From positions 25,379 to 89,378 of the IMG/VR virus record IMGVR_UViG_2806310702_000003: DNA of 64,000 nt. One strand, 5' to 3'. Origin of the DNA: a virus (Duplodnaviria > Caudoviricetes). The notes under the pieces were generated by a model that made no database searches, was not told where the DNA came from, and saw only the letters and a program-made list of their open reading frames with translations. Position numbers and translations under genes: made by a program. Positions 9,894 to 19,531 of the stretch are shown here, piece after piece (position 1 is the first letter of the stretch; each line of letters starts with the position of its first letter).

Positions 9894-11042
9894 TTAAATA
9901 AGTTTTATATAATCTGCGCTTACATATCCTCCGTGTGATCCATAATAAATTTCATACCAATTTCCAACCTTTTTAAAAATCTTAACAGTATCATTTTTAT
10001 TTAAAATTCCTAAAATATTATTATTAGTTGTAGTGTCCATAGCACTTCTTATTCTTACTCCGTTTCCTGTGCAAGAACCTATGCGGCTATCTAAAGAACC
10101 ACTAGAGTTATTGCTAGTTGTTGTAGCTTTACCATTTTTGAAATTATTTAATGGGAAATACTTCCCTGGGCAATTAGAACTTCCAACCTCTCTATGTCCA
10201 TATATACCCATGTTTCCATATTTATTTTTGAGATAAGATATTAATTGTAATCCAGCATTAAATTGTGTATCAGGCATGCTTTTATCCGTATTATGATAAT
10301 CACCCTCGAATGCAATACCAATAGAATTTTTATTAAATCCCTTGCAGTGTGAACCTAGTGTCCACTCTGGTCTACCTCTATAAATAGAACCGTCTTTCCT
10401 AATATAAAAATGATAGCCTATACCTACCCAGCCATTTCCTAAATGTAATTGATGTAGCCTTTCTATGTTCCAGCCAGTACATTCAGTATGATGTAGTACA
10501 ATATTTCTCGGACTATTATTGTTAGGTAATCCATTTCTAAAATTTAAATTTGTATCTATAATATTCATAAAATTACTTCCCTTCATATCATATTGATTTA
10601 AATTATAATAGTTTATTAATTTTAAAATCTTATCTATATAATTAGGATCACTTGTATATCCTCCATTAAAAATTGCTTGTATTTGCTCCTTATAGTCTTT
10701 AGCCGTAAAAACACTTGCTTCTACATACCATTTCTTTTTCAAAAACAAAGCATGATCAAGTATACTTTCTGACCAACTATTATAAATCCTAAAAGGTTGT
10801 TTAACAGTAATTATTCCACTGCGTGTGTATTCTCTAGTATCTATATTAGCAATAGGTCCACTCCAATCTCTTAACGCTTTAATTCCAAAAAGGTTATTAT
10901 ATTTTTTAGCTAAGACACTTGAACCCCAGCCACTCTCTAATATTGCTTGTGCTATAGATACACTAGCAAATATTTTATATTTAATTTGTGTATCTATAGC
11001 ACTATCTTTTATTTTATTTATAAATTCTAGCTGTTCACACAT
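9894..11042 (-). CDS. Endolysin: GH73 glucosaminidase + Amidase_2 + SH3b
   Basis: AQAILESGWG, NNLFGIK, GYTSDPNY; IVLHHT, GIGYHFYI, SNCPG; C-terminal WYEIYYG SH3. Confidence 0.9.
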   Translation of the reverse strand: MCEQLEFINKIKDSAIDTQIKYKIFASVSIAQAILESGWGSSVLAKKYNNLFGIKALRDWSGPIANIDTREYTRSGIITVKQPFRIYNSWSESILDHALFLKKKWYVEASVFTAKDYKEQIQAIFNGGYTSDPNYIDKILKLINYYNLNQYDMKGSNFMNIIDTNLNFRNGLPNNNSPRNIVLHHTECTGWNIERLHQLHLGNGWVGIGYHFYIRKDGSIYRGRPEWTLGSHCKGFNKNSIGIAFEGDYHNTDKSMPDTQFNAGLQLISYLKNKYGNMGIYGHREVGSSNCPGKYFPLNNFKNGKATTTSNNSSGSLDSRIGSCTGNGVRIRSAMDTTTNNNILGILNKNDTVKIFKKVGNWYEIYYGSHGGYVSADYIKLI

Positions 11043-11059
11043 ACATTACTCCTTTGAAT

Positions 11060-11317
11060 TTATTTTTTATTTGTACTTTGTTTTACAAGTTGATTAGCAT
11101 AAACAGTTACACCTGTTACTAAAACACCTTGAATAATAGCACTTGCATTAAAGCCCATCAATGCAGTAGCCCCAATAACCCCAAATATAAGAAGCAGCCA
11201 TGGTATTACCCAATCTTTAATTTTTTCTGTTGATTTAAGCATTATACCTAGTATGTATAAAACAGGTATTAGTATAAAAGATTGTTGTACTATGTAATTC
11301 ATAATATTTACTTCCAA
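11060..11317 (-). CDS. Holin
   Basis: Hydrophobic; ILIPVLYILG...IQGVLVTGVTVYANQLVKQ; adjacent to endolysin. Confidence 0.85.
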   Translation of the reverse strand: MEVNIMNYIVQQSFILIPVLYILGIMLKSTEKIKDWVIPWLLLIFGVIGATALMGFNASAIIQGVLVTGVTVYANQLVKQSTNKK

Positions 11318-11327
11318 AATATCACCT

Positions 11328-11549
11328 CTATTTTATTTTTTCTTTAATATCCTCAACATCTTTTTTTATTTCCTCAACCACATTGAATTTATCAGTTAAT
11401 TTTCTTATGATGCCTTGATAGTTTTCCTCTCTTTGTTCTTGCTTAGCATCTCTTTTCTCTTGCGCTCTTAAAATATAAAATATTAAAGCTACACTAAGCG
11501 CTGCCCATACACCTTGTGATGATGCAAGTTTTAAGATCTCATTATCCAT
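11328..11549 (-). CDS. BhlA/UviB-family holin-like protein
   Basis: SQGVWAALSVALIFYILR...REENYQGIIRKL. Confidence 0.85.
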   Translation of the reverse strand: MDNEILKLASSQGVWAALSVALIFYILRAQEKRDAKQEQREENYQGIIRKLTDKFNVVEEIKKDVEDIKEKIK

Positions 11550-11691
11550 TCGTCACCTCCATATTTTTGTATTGAACGAAATTAGTTGTTATTTAAATTA
11601 TATCATTTTTAGAAAAAACATAAGATAATTGGTAATTCACACTAGAATTTCTCTATAAATATGATAATATAATTAATAGGAGGGATAGATT

Positions 11692-12297
11692 ATGGAAATT
11701 AAATCTAAAGAAAATTTAAAGGGAAAAAAGGTTTATGGGAAAATATGGTTTATAGTGCTTATGTTAATTTTTTTCTTCCCAGTTGGAATATATTTAATGT
11801 ATAAATATAAAAAGTTTTCATCTAAAACAAGAGGATGTATTGTTACTATTATAGTTATACTAGGTATAATAGGGGTGTTTACAGAAGATAAACAAAAGGT
11901 ATTTGATAAAGAATCTAAGCAAATAACGCAAGAATATAAAGAAGAAACTGGAGAAGAAGATATTCAAGATTGGCAAAAAAATATATCTCTTTATGGAAAT
12001 ATATTATCTAAAAAATTTAATAGTTTTAGTGATGCAGCAAATAAACTTGATATTGAAAAAATGAATGTCTATTCAAAAAGTATAGTTGAATACTCTTATA
12101 AGTTAAAAGAAGTAAAATTACCAGTTGAATATAGAAATGCTAAAAATAAAATAAATGAAGCTTGTGATATATACATTGAAATATATGGAGAAATGCCAAA
12201 GAAATGCATGGATATAGAATGGGTTAATAAAAGTGAACCTAGATTAAATAAAGCAAATGATTTAATTAGAGAAGCTTCAAAAGAGTTTAAAAGCTAG
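11692..12297 (+). CDS. Membrane-anchored moron protein (possible superinfection exclusion)
   Basis: Opposite strand, own promoter and terminator, WFIVLMLIFFFPVGIYLM N-terminus. Confidence 0.65.
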   Translation: MEIKSKENLKGKKVYGKIWFIVLMLIFFFPVGIYLMYKYKKFSSKTRGCIVTIIVILGIIGVFTEDKQKVFDKESKQITQEYKEETGEEDIQDWQKNISLYGNILSKKFNSFSDAANKLDIEKMNVYSKSIVEYSYKLKEVKLPVEYRNAKNKINEACDIYIEIYGEMPKKCMDIEWVNKSEPRLNKANDLIREASKEFKS

Positions 12298-12374
12298 TAG
12301 AAATTAATCTACTAGCTTATTTTTATGTATTAATTGTTTTATTGTTTACTTCGTAATATTTTTCTATTACGCAA

Positions 12375-12509
12375 TTAATCTTCTGTGTATTCTTGTCCTG
12401 TTATCTTTTTGAATTCTTCTTTAGTTATACAATTCCACTTACACGCTTCTTTCACTAATTCAAATTTTAACATTCCTTGTTTATAAAAAACATTATAAAA
12501 ATCAAACAT
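12375..12509 (-). CDS. XkdX-family small protein (44 aa)
   Basis: MFDFYNVFYKQG...CITKEEFKKITGQEY read by eye. Confidence 0.8.
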   Translation of the reverse strand: MFDFYNVFYKQGMLKFELVKEACKWNCITKEEFKKITGQEYTED

Positions 12510-12928
12510 TATTTAACACCTTCCTTAATTTTATTTATTTCTATATTCATTGTTGCTACTGTACTAGCTAATTGAGTAGCTAACATATCTTTTTTCTTAC
12601 TGTCTATAGTAAGTTTTGCTATCGTTTCTGTTAAAACTTCATTATTTTTCTTTAAATTTTCTAATTCTATTTCTTGTAGTTCTTCTTTTGTTTTTGGAAT
12701 ATATTTATATTCATAGAAAATTTCTTTTTTGATAGGATTCCAATACATTATTGGTTGTTTACACTCTATTTGTTTAGATTTCGGAATACTTTCTATAAGT
12801 ACACCTTCTTGTTCTAATTGCTCTTTTGATTTATTCAATCCATTTTCTTTATCAAATGGTATATAATGTATAAACCCTATGCTATATTTTTCATCTGTTA
12901 TTTTATTTAAATTACCTAAAAATATCAT
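12509..12928 (-). CDS. Tail-fibre-associated chaperone
   Basis: IHYIPFDKENGLNKSKEQLEQEG; position between fibre gene and XkdX. Confidence 0.65.
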   Translation of the reverse strand: MIFLGNLNKITDEKYSIGFIHYIPFDKENGLNKSKEQLEQEGVLIESIPKSKQIECKQPIMYWNPIKKEIFYEYKYIPKTKEELQEIELENLKKNNEVLTETIAKLTIDSKKKDMLATQLASTVATMNIEINKIKEGVK

Positions 12929-12938
12929 TTCATCACCT

Positions 12939-14408
12939 CTATATTTCTATTTCACATTTGTATTTGTTTAAAACCTGTCTATGATATGACCCTGCTGTTT
13001 CATATTCTAGTCTATATATATACCCATCATTAGATATATCCCAATTTATCGTAGTATAATCCTCTGGATAAGAACTACTATAAGTAAAATTGCCTAGAGA
13101 AATACTTAAATTAGAATTTACGATATAAACTATTTCATTTTTATTTAAATTTAATCTATTATTTTTATGTTTTTTATCTATATATCCATATTCACCTTCG
13201 TGATTAGATTTTAAATTAAAATCTTTATCGAAAATATAAGTGTAAAAAGTAGAATCACTTGTACTTCCAGTTGAAAACAGACCAATTGCACATATATAGT
13301 TATCATTTACATTTATTTTTTGAAGATAAATACTACTTCTATCATCAATATTTGTTTTTACAGTTTTTTGGAGTGTGCCATCTATGCTATATATATCAAT
13401 TTCGTTACTATAATATTTTATATAATACGCTAGATTATCATATACATCTAAAAATGTATAATTCTTTTCATTTTTAAATTTTTTTATATATTTATCAGCT
13501 TTTAAATCATATATGGATTTCGTAGTAAACAAAGTATCATTTTTAGAAATACTAGGTGACTCACCTGCAACACAACATAAAAATTTTAAAGTATCTTTAT
13601 TAAAAACAAAGCAATAATCTTCTCTGTTCACCTCCCCTTCTACGACTAAATATTTATTGAATTGAGAAATTGTACCTAATTTAGATCCGCTATCAACACA
13701 TTCAGTTTTTATTGTTTGAAAATCATTTGCGGATACTATATTTATATAATTAGAATTAGTCGTTGTATAAATTTTAGAACTATCTGTGTTATCACATGAA
13801 AAACTTGCTAGATGTTCAACTTTATCGTATAAAGATGAAATTTTTTTTATATCTACTTTAGGGTTTAAAGTGTTTAAATTTGCAAAATTATATATTTTTT
13901 TTGTTTCTACTGTTTCTATACCGTTTTTCAATTCTTCAAAGCTTGCTATGTCTTTACTTTTAGAAACTTTTCCACCTCTGTCAATAATGGTTGTTTCTAA
14001 AAGTTTTTTTCCATTACTGACATAGGTAAAATTTTCCTTAATATCTTTCTTAAAATCTTCATATTGCGAATTAACTTCTTGCTTAAAATCTTTAATTTCT
14101 TGTGTAGTTTTTCTTTCTAAATTTGTAATTTTACTATCTGTATCCTTCTTATTTTCTTCGAGTGTAGCTTTAGTGTTATTTTTAAATTCTTCAATTTCTT
14201 GTGTGTTTTTTATTTTTAATGTTTCTATATCTTTGCTATTTTGAAAAATCCCTTCCTCGAGGTGATTAAGATTTTCAGCGTTGAGGTTCGATCCTTCTTC
14301 TTTAACGCCTGTATTATCTTTTTCTATAATTGTCGGTTTACCATCAACTAAATAAGTAGTTGGCTTTGTATCTATTCTATCTTTAAAATTTATTTTTTTA
14401 TAAACCAC
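12939..14408 (-). CDS. Tail fibre / receptor-binding protein
   Basis: N-terminal EEGSNLNAENLNHLEEGI, coiled coil, beta-rich C-terminal domain; follows baseplate genes. Confidence 0.7.
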   Translation of the reverse strand: MVYKKINFKDRIDTKPTTYLVDGKPTIIEKDNTGVKEEGSNLNAENLNHLEEGIFQNSKDIETLKIKNTQEIEEFKNNTKATLEENKKDTDSKITNLERKTTQEIKDFKQEVNSQYEDFKKDIKENFTYVSNGKKLLETTIIDRGGKVSKSKDIASFEELKNGIETVETKKIYNFANLNTLNPKVDIKKISSLYDKVEHLASFSCDNTDSSKIYTTTNSNYINIVSANDFQTIKTECVDSGSKLGTISQFNKYLVVEGEVNREDYCFVFNKDTLKFLCCVAGESPSISKNDTLFTTKSIYDLKADKYIKKFKNEKNYTFLDVYDNLAYYIKYYSNEIDIYSIDGTLQKTVKTNIDDRSSIYLQKINVNDNYICAIGLFSTGSTSDSTFYTYIFDKDFNLKSNHEGEYGYIDKKHKNNRLNLNKNEIVYIVNSNLSISLGNFTYSSSYPEDYTTINWDISNDGYIYRLEYETAGSYHRQVLNKYKCEIEI

Positions 14409-14704
14409 TATTTTTCACCTTCTTTCATGAATAAAAATGGAAATTCTATTATAATTTCATCATTAGTTTTTTGAAAATTTAAAATTTTTGTGGCATAAAC
14501 AGTTTTGTTCTTACCTATCAATTTAAAATTATCAAATGTACCAATTTCCGAACTATCTATTTTAAATAAAATCTCAACATTACCATTTTTAACATATGAT
14601 TTAAATATTTTTTTCTCTTTAGGAGAATCATTAACTGTATAAGTTAACTTTTCTATATCATTTAAAAATAAATTTGCTATTCTTTCTATTGCTTCTTCTG
14701 TCAT
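14408..14704 (-). CDS. Baseplate/tail protein
   Basis: Position in tail operon. Confidence 0.55.
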   Translation of the reverse strand: MTEEAIERIANLFLNDIEKLTYTVNDSPKEKKIFKSYVKNGNVEILFKIDSSEIGTFDNFKLIGKNKTVYATKILNFQKTNDEIIIEFPFLFMKEGEK

Positions 14705-14729
14705 TAAATATCACCTCCTTATATATATT

Positions 14730-15545
14730 TTATAATAAAATTCCCATCTTTGCAGAAATTGAAGTTATTCCACATTTTAAGAAATTTTGCTTGAAATAAA
14801 ATGGATTACTTTTGATTTTTATAATTTCAATTGGATTTTTAAAAGTAATTTTATAAGGATTTTTAGTCATCTTTATTTTTTTAACAGTATCTTTAAAAGT
14901 AATGTTGGGCTTTAACTTTATTTTTACAGTTTCTTTATTGTTGTTAATTCTGTACTGGAGTCTTACTCCAGAACTAACTGCTGATTGAAGTTCTGGAATA
15001 AATATGGGTTTATATTTTTTTATTGTTTGTTTAGTTAAAGGAATAGATTGCATTCCATTACCTAAACAAGAAACTCCAGTGTTAACTGTCCCGCATTTTA
15101 AAGTGTGATAAGCATTATCTAATATATAATTTTTTAATTTATTAGAGCTTAAATTTACTTCTAACATAGCTGGCTCATGGGCTAAATCTTTAAATTGATA
15201 CCCTTGTCTTATTCCTATAAAATTTTCTCCTAAAAAAGCACTAGCTAAATTATTTACATCTTCTATATATCCCCTAGAATTATTTTGCATTATTCTAGTT
15301 TTAATTCTATTTCTATATTTTTCATCATCTTTATATTTTTCAGTTCTTTTTTGTCCTACAATATCCCCTATAATATCAAGCCCATATAATTCAGCGTTGT
15401 TTATATCTCGATTATCAATAATTTCATTAAATACATCTATAAGTTCATCATAGAAAAATGATAAAACTTCATAGTATTTATTTATATTTTCTCCATTTTC
15501 AAGGTAATAAGGTAATAAACTTATTAATCTTTCTTTTGTATGCAT
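14730..15545 (-). CDS. Baseplate wedge protein (DUF2612-like)
   Basis: LDIIGDIVGQKR...DDEKYRNRIK motif after baseplate J. Confidence 0.7.
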   Translation of the reverse strand: MHTKERLISLLPYYLENGENINKYYEVLSFFYDELIDVFNEIIDNRDINNAELYGLDIIGDIVGQKRTEKYKDDEKYRNRIKTRIMQNNSRGYIEDVNNLASAFLGENFIGIRQGYQFKDLAHEPAMLEVNLSSNKLKNYILDNAYHTLKCGTVNTGVSCLGNGMQSIPLTKQTIKKYKPIFIPELQSAVSSGVRLQYRINNNKETVKIKLKPNITFKDTVKKIKMTKNPYKITFKNPIEIIKIKSNPFYFKQNFLKCGITSISAKMGILL

Positions 15546-16708
15546 TATTTCACCTCGATTTTTTCTAATTCCGTTGTAGCAACCTCTAAATCTTTAACGG
15601 TTATATTTTTATTGTTATAAGTTTTTCCATCTATGCTTACTTCAATATCTATATCTTCTATACCATCTATGTTTGCTTTATCTATGATGGAAATAATTTT
15701 ATAAAGTATGATATTTTGACCTATTTTAAAGCTATCAAAATAAGCTTTAACAATATTTTTTATAGATTTATCACCATCTTCTGGATAATTAGTTCCTTTA
15801 GTTATTTTCAATTTAATCCATATATTTTTAAATTTAGGTCTACTAAATCCTATTAAATGCTTTTGTTTTTGGCTATCTTTTATTTCAACTATAGTAGTTC
15901 CATATGGTTGTATTCCTCCGGCGTATTTTTCAAATATTGCTTGTGCTATAGCTTTATCTTCTCCACCAAAAACAACTACATGAAATGACTTAGGTGGTAC
16001 ATCTCCTTTCTTTTCCATAGTGTAATTAACATCAACAAATACATCTTTAACTCCTGTTACTTCACTTATTCTTGCTTTTATGCTATCAAATATATTAGTA
16101 GCACGTAAACTTACACTTTTATCATATCTTTCTCTAAATTCTGGATCACTTTCTCTATATTCTCCATTTTCAGTTTTAGATTTATTAGTAACACTTTTAA
16201 CTCCTAAAATTGGTTTAATAATTTCTGTAATAGTTCCTTCTGGAACGTTACTTTGTTCGCCTATTTCTTCAGCTATAATATTTATATCAACTGTACCACC
16301 TTCAGGTATAATTTTTGTTTCTATTGTGGTAAATAAGATGTTATCTTTTGTACCAATAATAAACCCTTTTGGTACTTCTATATCTTTATCTCCTGTAACT
16401 GTAATAATCCCTGTAGCCTTATTACCTTGTTTTCTTGCTATTCCTATGTAATTACCTTTGCTGCTTAAAATATTGCCTTCAGCCATCTTAGGAGAAGCAC
16501 TATAAAAACTATGTTCAGCCACTTCCCATAATTCACTTAATAAATAAATATAAGGTAATGAGAATTGATACAAAGGGTCTTGTTCTGTAAAATCTATATT
16601 TTCTCCAAAACTATCTTGACTTTTTAATCTATCTCTAAATTCTTCTATAAGTTCAACAAAACTTTTCTTTTTAAAACCATTTTTAGTTATTCCATATCCA
16701 TTAATCAA
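15545..16708 (-). CDS. Baseplate J/gp47 protein
   Basis: YGITKNGFKKK, ATGIITVTG, ESDPEFRER, PPKSFHVVVFGG. Confidence 0.88.
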   Translation of the reverse strand: MINGYGITKNGFKKKSFVELIEEFRDRLKSQDSFGENIDFTEQDPLYQFSLPYIYLLSELWEVAEHSFYSASPKMAEGNILSSKGNYIGIARKQGNKATGIITVTGDKDIEVPKGFIIGTKDNILFTTIETKIIPEGGTVDINIIAEEIGEQSNVPEGTITEIIKPILGVKSVTNKSKTENGEYRESDPEFRERYDKSVSLRATNIFDSIKARISEVTGVKDVFVDVNYTMEKKGDVPPKSFHVVVFGGEDKAIAQAIFEKYAGGIQPYGTTIVEIKDSQKQKHLIGFSRPKFKNIWIKLKITKGTNYPEDGDKSIKNIVKAYFDSFKIGQNIILYKIISIIDKANIDGIEDIDIEVSIDGKTYNNKNITVKDLEVATTELEKIEVK

Positions 16709-17069
16709 ATTGAATACCTCCTACATCTATTATTTCATCATATCCTTTATATTTAATTTTTAAATTTATAGTGTCTTTTCTTGTTTTTTTATTAGTTTTT
16801 ATATCTACAAGCTTAATTTTTTCTATATTATCATCTTTAGATAAACATTCTCTTATAGCCATTCTTTTTCTATCTTCACTTATTACTTTATCTTCTATGC
16901 TTAATACTTCTTTCATATTTAATCCTATATCGGCATTGTAAAATAACTCACCTAAACTAATTTGTAATAAACCTTTTGTTCTTTGTATTTTCTGTTCTAG
17001 TTCATCAACCAGTGTTAATCTTTTAGATGTAAAAACTATATCACCGTTTTCTATTTTTATAGATTTCAT
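16701..17069 (-). CDS. Baseplate/sheath initiator (DUF2634-like)
   Basis: LGELFYNADIGL motif, position. Confidence 0.65.
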   Translation of the reverse strand: MKSIKIENGDIVFTSKRLTLVDELEQKIQRTKGLLQISLGELFYNADIGLNMKEVLSIEDKVISEDRKRMAIRECLSKDDNIEKIKLVDIKTNKKTRKDTINLKIKYKGYDEIIDVGGIQFD

Positions 17070-17108
17070 TTAATCACTCCTTTCTAAACCCATTCGACGG
17101 GTTTGAAA

Positions 17109-17666
17109 TTATTCAGCGTATACTTTACTAGAAGTTGTATAGCTATTCCCATTTTCAAGCATTACTCTTTTAGTAGCATTTTCTCCTAATTTTATAGTGC
17201 TAGAATTTAATATAATATCACCATTGCTTTTTATTTTTACATAAGTATTAGTACCTTCTTTAGCTATTGTTAAATCCTCTGTAGCATTAAAAGAATTGTT
17301 TAAAAAATTAATACTTAATGGTAATGCAATAGCATCTTCTAATGCATGTGTTCTGCTTGTATTAGGTTTTTTTGTTTTACTATCAATTAATAAATTATCT
17401 ATATCATAATCAGTAAACATAATAAGCATTATGTCGTTAATTTTAGGCTTGATTTTAATGTTATATCCTCCAATATTAAAACAGCCTATAGGCACATTTA
17501 TAAGTGGAGTATAAGGCTTTTCAGTAGTAGGAAAATAATGCATAGGTTCAATAGTAGCAGTGTTATTTGTAGCATTATAAGACGTTATTTTACCTATCAT
17601 AAGTACATTTAAATTATTGTTCATATTAATTTGAAAATTATGAAATAAATTAGCAATATTTTTCAT
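17109..17666 (-). CDS. Baseplate spike (gp138-like)
   Basis: LINVPI...FTDYDID...RTHALEDAIAL. Confidence 0.75.
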   Translation of the reverse strand: MKNIANLFHNFQINMNNNLNVLMIGKITSYNATNNTATIEPMHYFPTTEKPYTPLINVPIGCFNIGGYNIKIKPKINDIMLIMFTDYDIDNLLIDSKTKKPNTSRTHALEDAIALPLSINFLNNSFNATEDLTIAKEGTNTYVKIKSNGDIILNSSTIKLGENATKRVMLENGNSYTTSSKVYAE

Positions 17667-18448
17667 AGTGCCATGACCTCCACTTCTGTTGTAAAATCGC
17701 TTTTATGTTCTCCTTCAATAACCATTACCGTTCCATTTAAATTAGTAGACTCTACTTGTATTAAACTGTATGGAGCAATAGCATGATTAAGCAACATTTC
17801 TATTTTATGTGTAGCAACGCTATCATTTTTATCTATCTTTTCAACTTTTATAAGTCCTGTTTTAGAATTTAATAAAAATCCTAAAGTTATTCCCTGTTTT
17901 TTAGGTATAACACTTATAGAAGGACCATGCACAAGCAATCTAGAGTCACTTTCTATTACAACACGCCTCAATACATCTATTATTTTTCCATATGCTTGAA
18001 ATCCTCGTGAATAAGTTAGATTGTTAGTAGGATTATTTATATTAGCTTTTAAATTTCCAGCTGATTGTAATAAATCTTTAACTAAATAAGTTGTAGTTGC
18101 ACCTGGAGCATATGTATAACTTATGGGTTTATTTAGATATTCCCAAGTTATATTTAAAGCTTTTATTTTAGTTACTGTATCTACTCCTTCTCGATAAGTT
18201 TCTACATCTGTTATAACCCCATCTAATATACTTCCTAAATCATCACCATACCCAGCGTTTAATACTATTCCGTTTTTTTTATTGATCCTTGCAATACTAT
18301 CTGGACTAAGATTATATATAGATACTTCCCCTTCGTCTGGGATAGTATCAGAATCAAATTTAATATTAAATTCCATATGTAAATCTGGAAAATTATATTT
18401 CCTAGTTGCAATTATAGCTTCAGCTTTTCTTTTAAATTGTTCATTCAT
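17663..18448 (-). CDS. Baseplate hub protein
   Basis: SIYNLS, LNAGYGDD, LLNSKTGLI motifs. Confidence 0.7.
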   Translation of the reverse strand: MNEQFKRKAEAIIATRKYNFPDLHMEFNIKFDSDTIPDEGEVSIYNLSPDSIARINKKNGIVLNAGYGDDLGSILDGVITDVETYREGVDTVTKIKALNITWEYLNKPISYTYAPGATTTYLVKDLLQSAGNLKANINNPTNNLTYSRGFQAYGKIIDVLRRVVIESDSRLLVHGPSISVIPKKQGITLGFLLNSKTGLIKVEKIDKNDSVATHKIEMLLNHAIAPYSLIQVESTNLNGTVMVIEGEHKSDFTTEVEVMAL

Positions 18449-18803
18449 TTAAATCACCTTCTAATTCTATAGGATTTATACAATATAAGTTTACTTCTTC
18501 TCCTAAATTATCAAATGTTAAACGTATTACATTGTTATCATTACTTCCAAAATATAAAAGTTCCTTTGGAAATTCTTCATTAAAATTATGTTCTTTATCT
18601 ATATAAAATTCTTTAAATAATATTTCATTTAATACTGCTTTTTCTGTTGCTAATACTTTATCATTTAATTTCAAAGTAACAGTTAGAAAATCAAACATAA
18701 AATTATAATCTATTTCAAAAGTATATATTCTATTAGATAATTCTAGTTCAAATTCATAGGGTATCATGTTTTTATCTATATCTATAATTTCTATAGTAGT
18801 CAC
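18441..18803 (-). CDS. Baseplate plug-type protein
   Basis: IDKNMIPYEFELEL...YNFMFDF, position. Confidence 0.6.
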   Translation of the reverse strand: MTTIEIIDIDKNMIPYEFELELSNRIYTFEIDYNFMFDFLTVTLKLNDKVLATEKAVLNEILFKEFYIDKEHNFNEEFPKELLYFGSNDNNVIRLTFDNLGEEVNLYCINPIELEGDLNE

Positions 18804-18806
18804 CTC

Positions 18807-19472
18807 CTAAAATCTATTTCTTATTTTTTGCAATACACTTTTCTTACCTTTAGAACTATTTTTAACTGCTTTTTTCGCTTGCCTTCCTTTTTTAGTTTTC
18901 TTTTTCACTTTAGTTTGTGCTTTTTTCTTTTCTTGTTCTTTAGCTTTTGCGGCTTTTTCTGCTGCTTTCTTTTTATCTTTTTCAGCTTGTTTAATTGCTT
19001 GTTTAGCTTCTCGTTTTGCATCTTTTTTATCTTGCTTAGCATCTTGAATTTGCTCTTTTAATTTTTCTATATCCGGAATAGTGAATCCACCTGTATTTAT
19101 ATTTACATAACTTTTTTTAGTTACTTGTATTTGCTGTAGTGTCATTTCAAATTCAATACCGTTTCTAAGAGTATTTGTATAAGTGTTTCTAAAACTTGTA
19201 ACTACAACATTTCCCCAGTGTTCCATGCCTATGTATGTTACTACTTGCTTATCTTTCCATATCTTCCTAAGTTCATTTATATGCCAATCTGGTAAAACTT
19301 TTCTATGAAATATTGCACCTTTTATATTTAAAATTATTGGTTTATTTTGAATATGATCTGTAATAGTAGAACCATCCTCAACGGGTTTATCAGTTACTTC
19401 ATTCTCGAAATTCACTTGTTCTTCTTCTACTAAGTTGAAATAAATATCTCCGAGTTTACACCATGAATCCAT
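18807..19472 (-). CDS. Tail tube initiator/baseplate protein with Lys/Ala-rich C-terminus
   Basis: VTDKPVEDGSTITDHIQNKP motif after tape measure. Confidence 0.7.
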   Translation of the reverse strand: MDSWCKLGDIYFNLVEEEQVNFENEVTDKPVEDGSTITDHIQNKPIILNIKGAIFHRKVLPDWHINELRKIWKDKQVVTYIGMEHWGNVVVTSFRNTYTNTLRNGIEFEMTLQQIQVTKKSYVNINTGGFTIPDIEKLKEQIQDAKQDKKDAKREAKQAIKQAEKDKKKAAEKAAKAKEQEKKKAQTKVKKKTKKGRQAKKAVKNSSKGKKSVLQKIRNRF

Positions 19473-19531
19473 GTTTTCACCTCCTATCTTTATTATACTA
19501 AAAATAAAGAAAACCCTCTTAAAATGAGGGT

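Noticed and set aside
12939-14408. Diversity-generating retroelement or invertible shufflon at the tail fibre
   Set aside because: No reverse transcriptase, no template/variable repeat pair and no inverted alternative tip were seen in the window.
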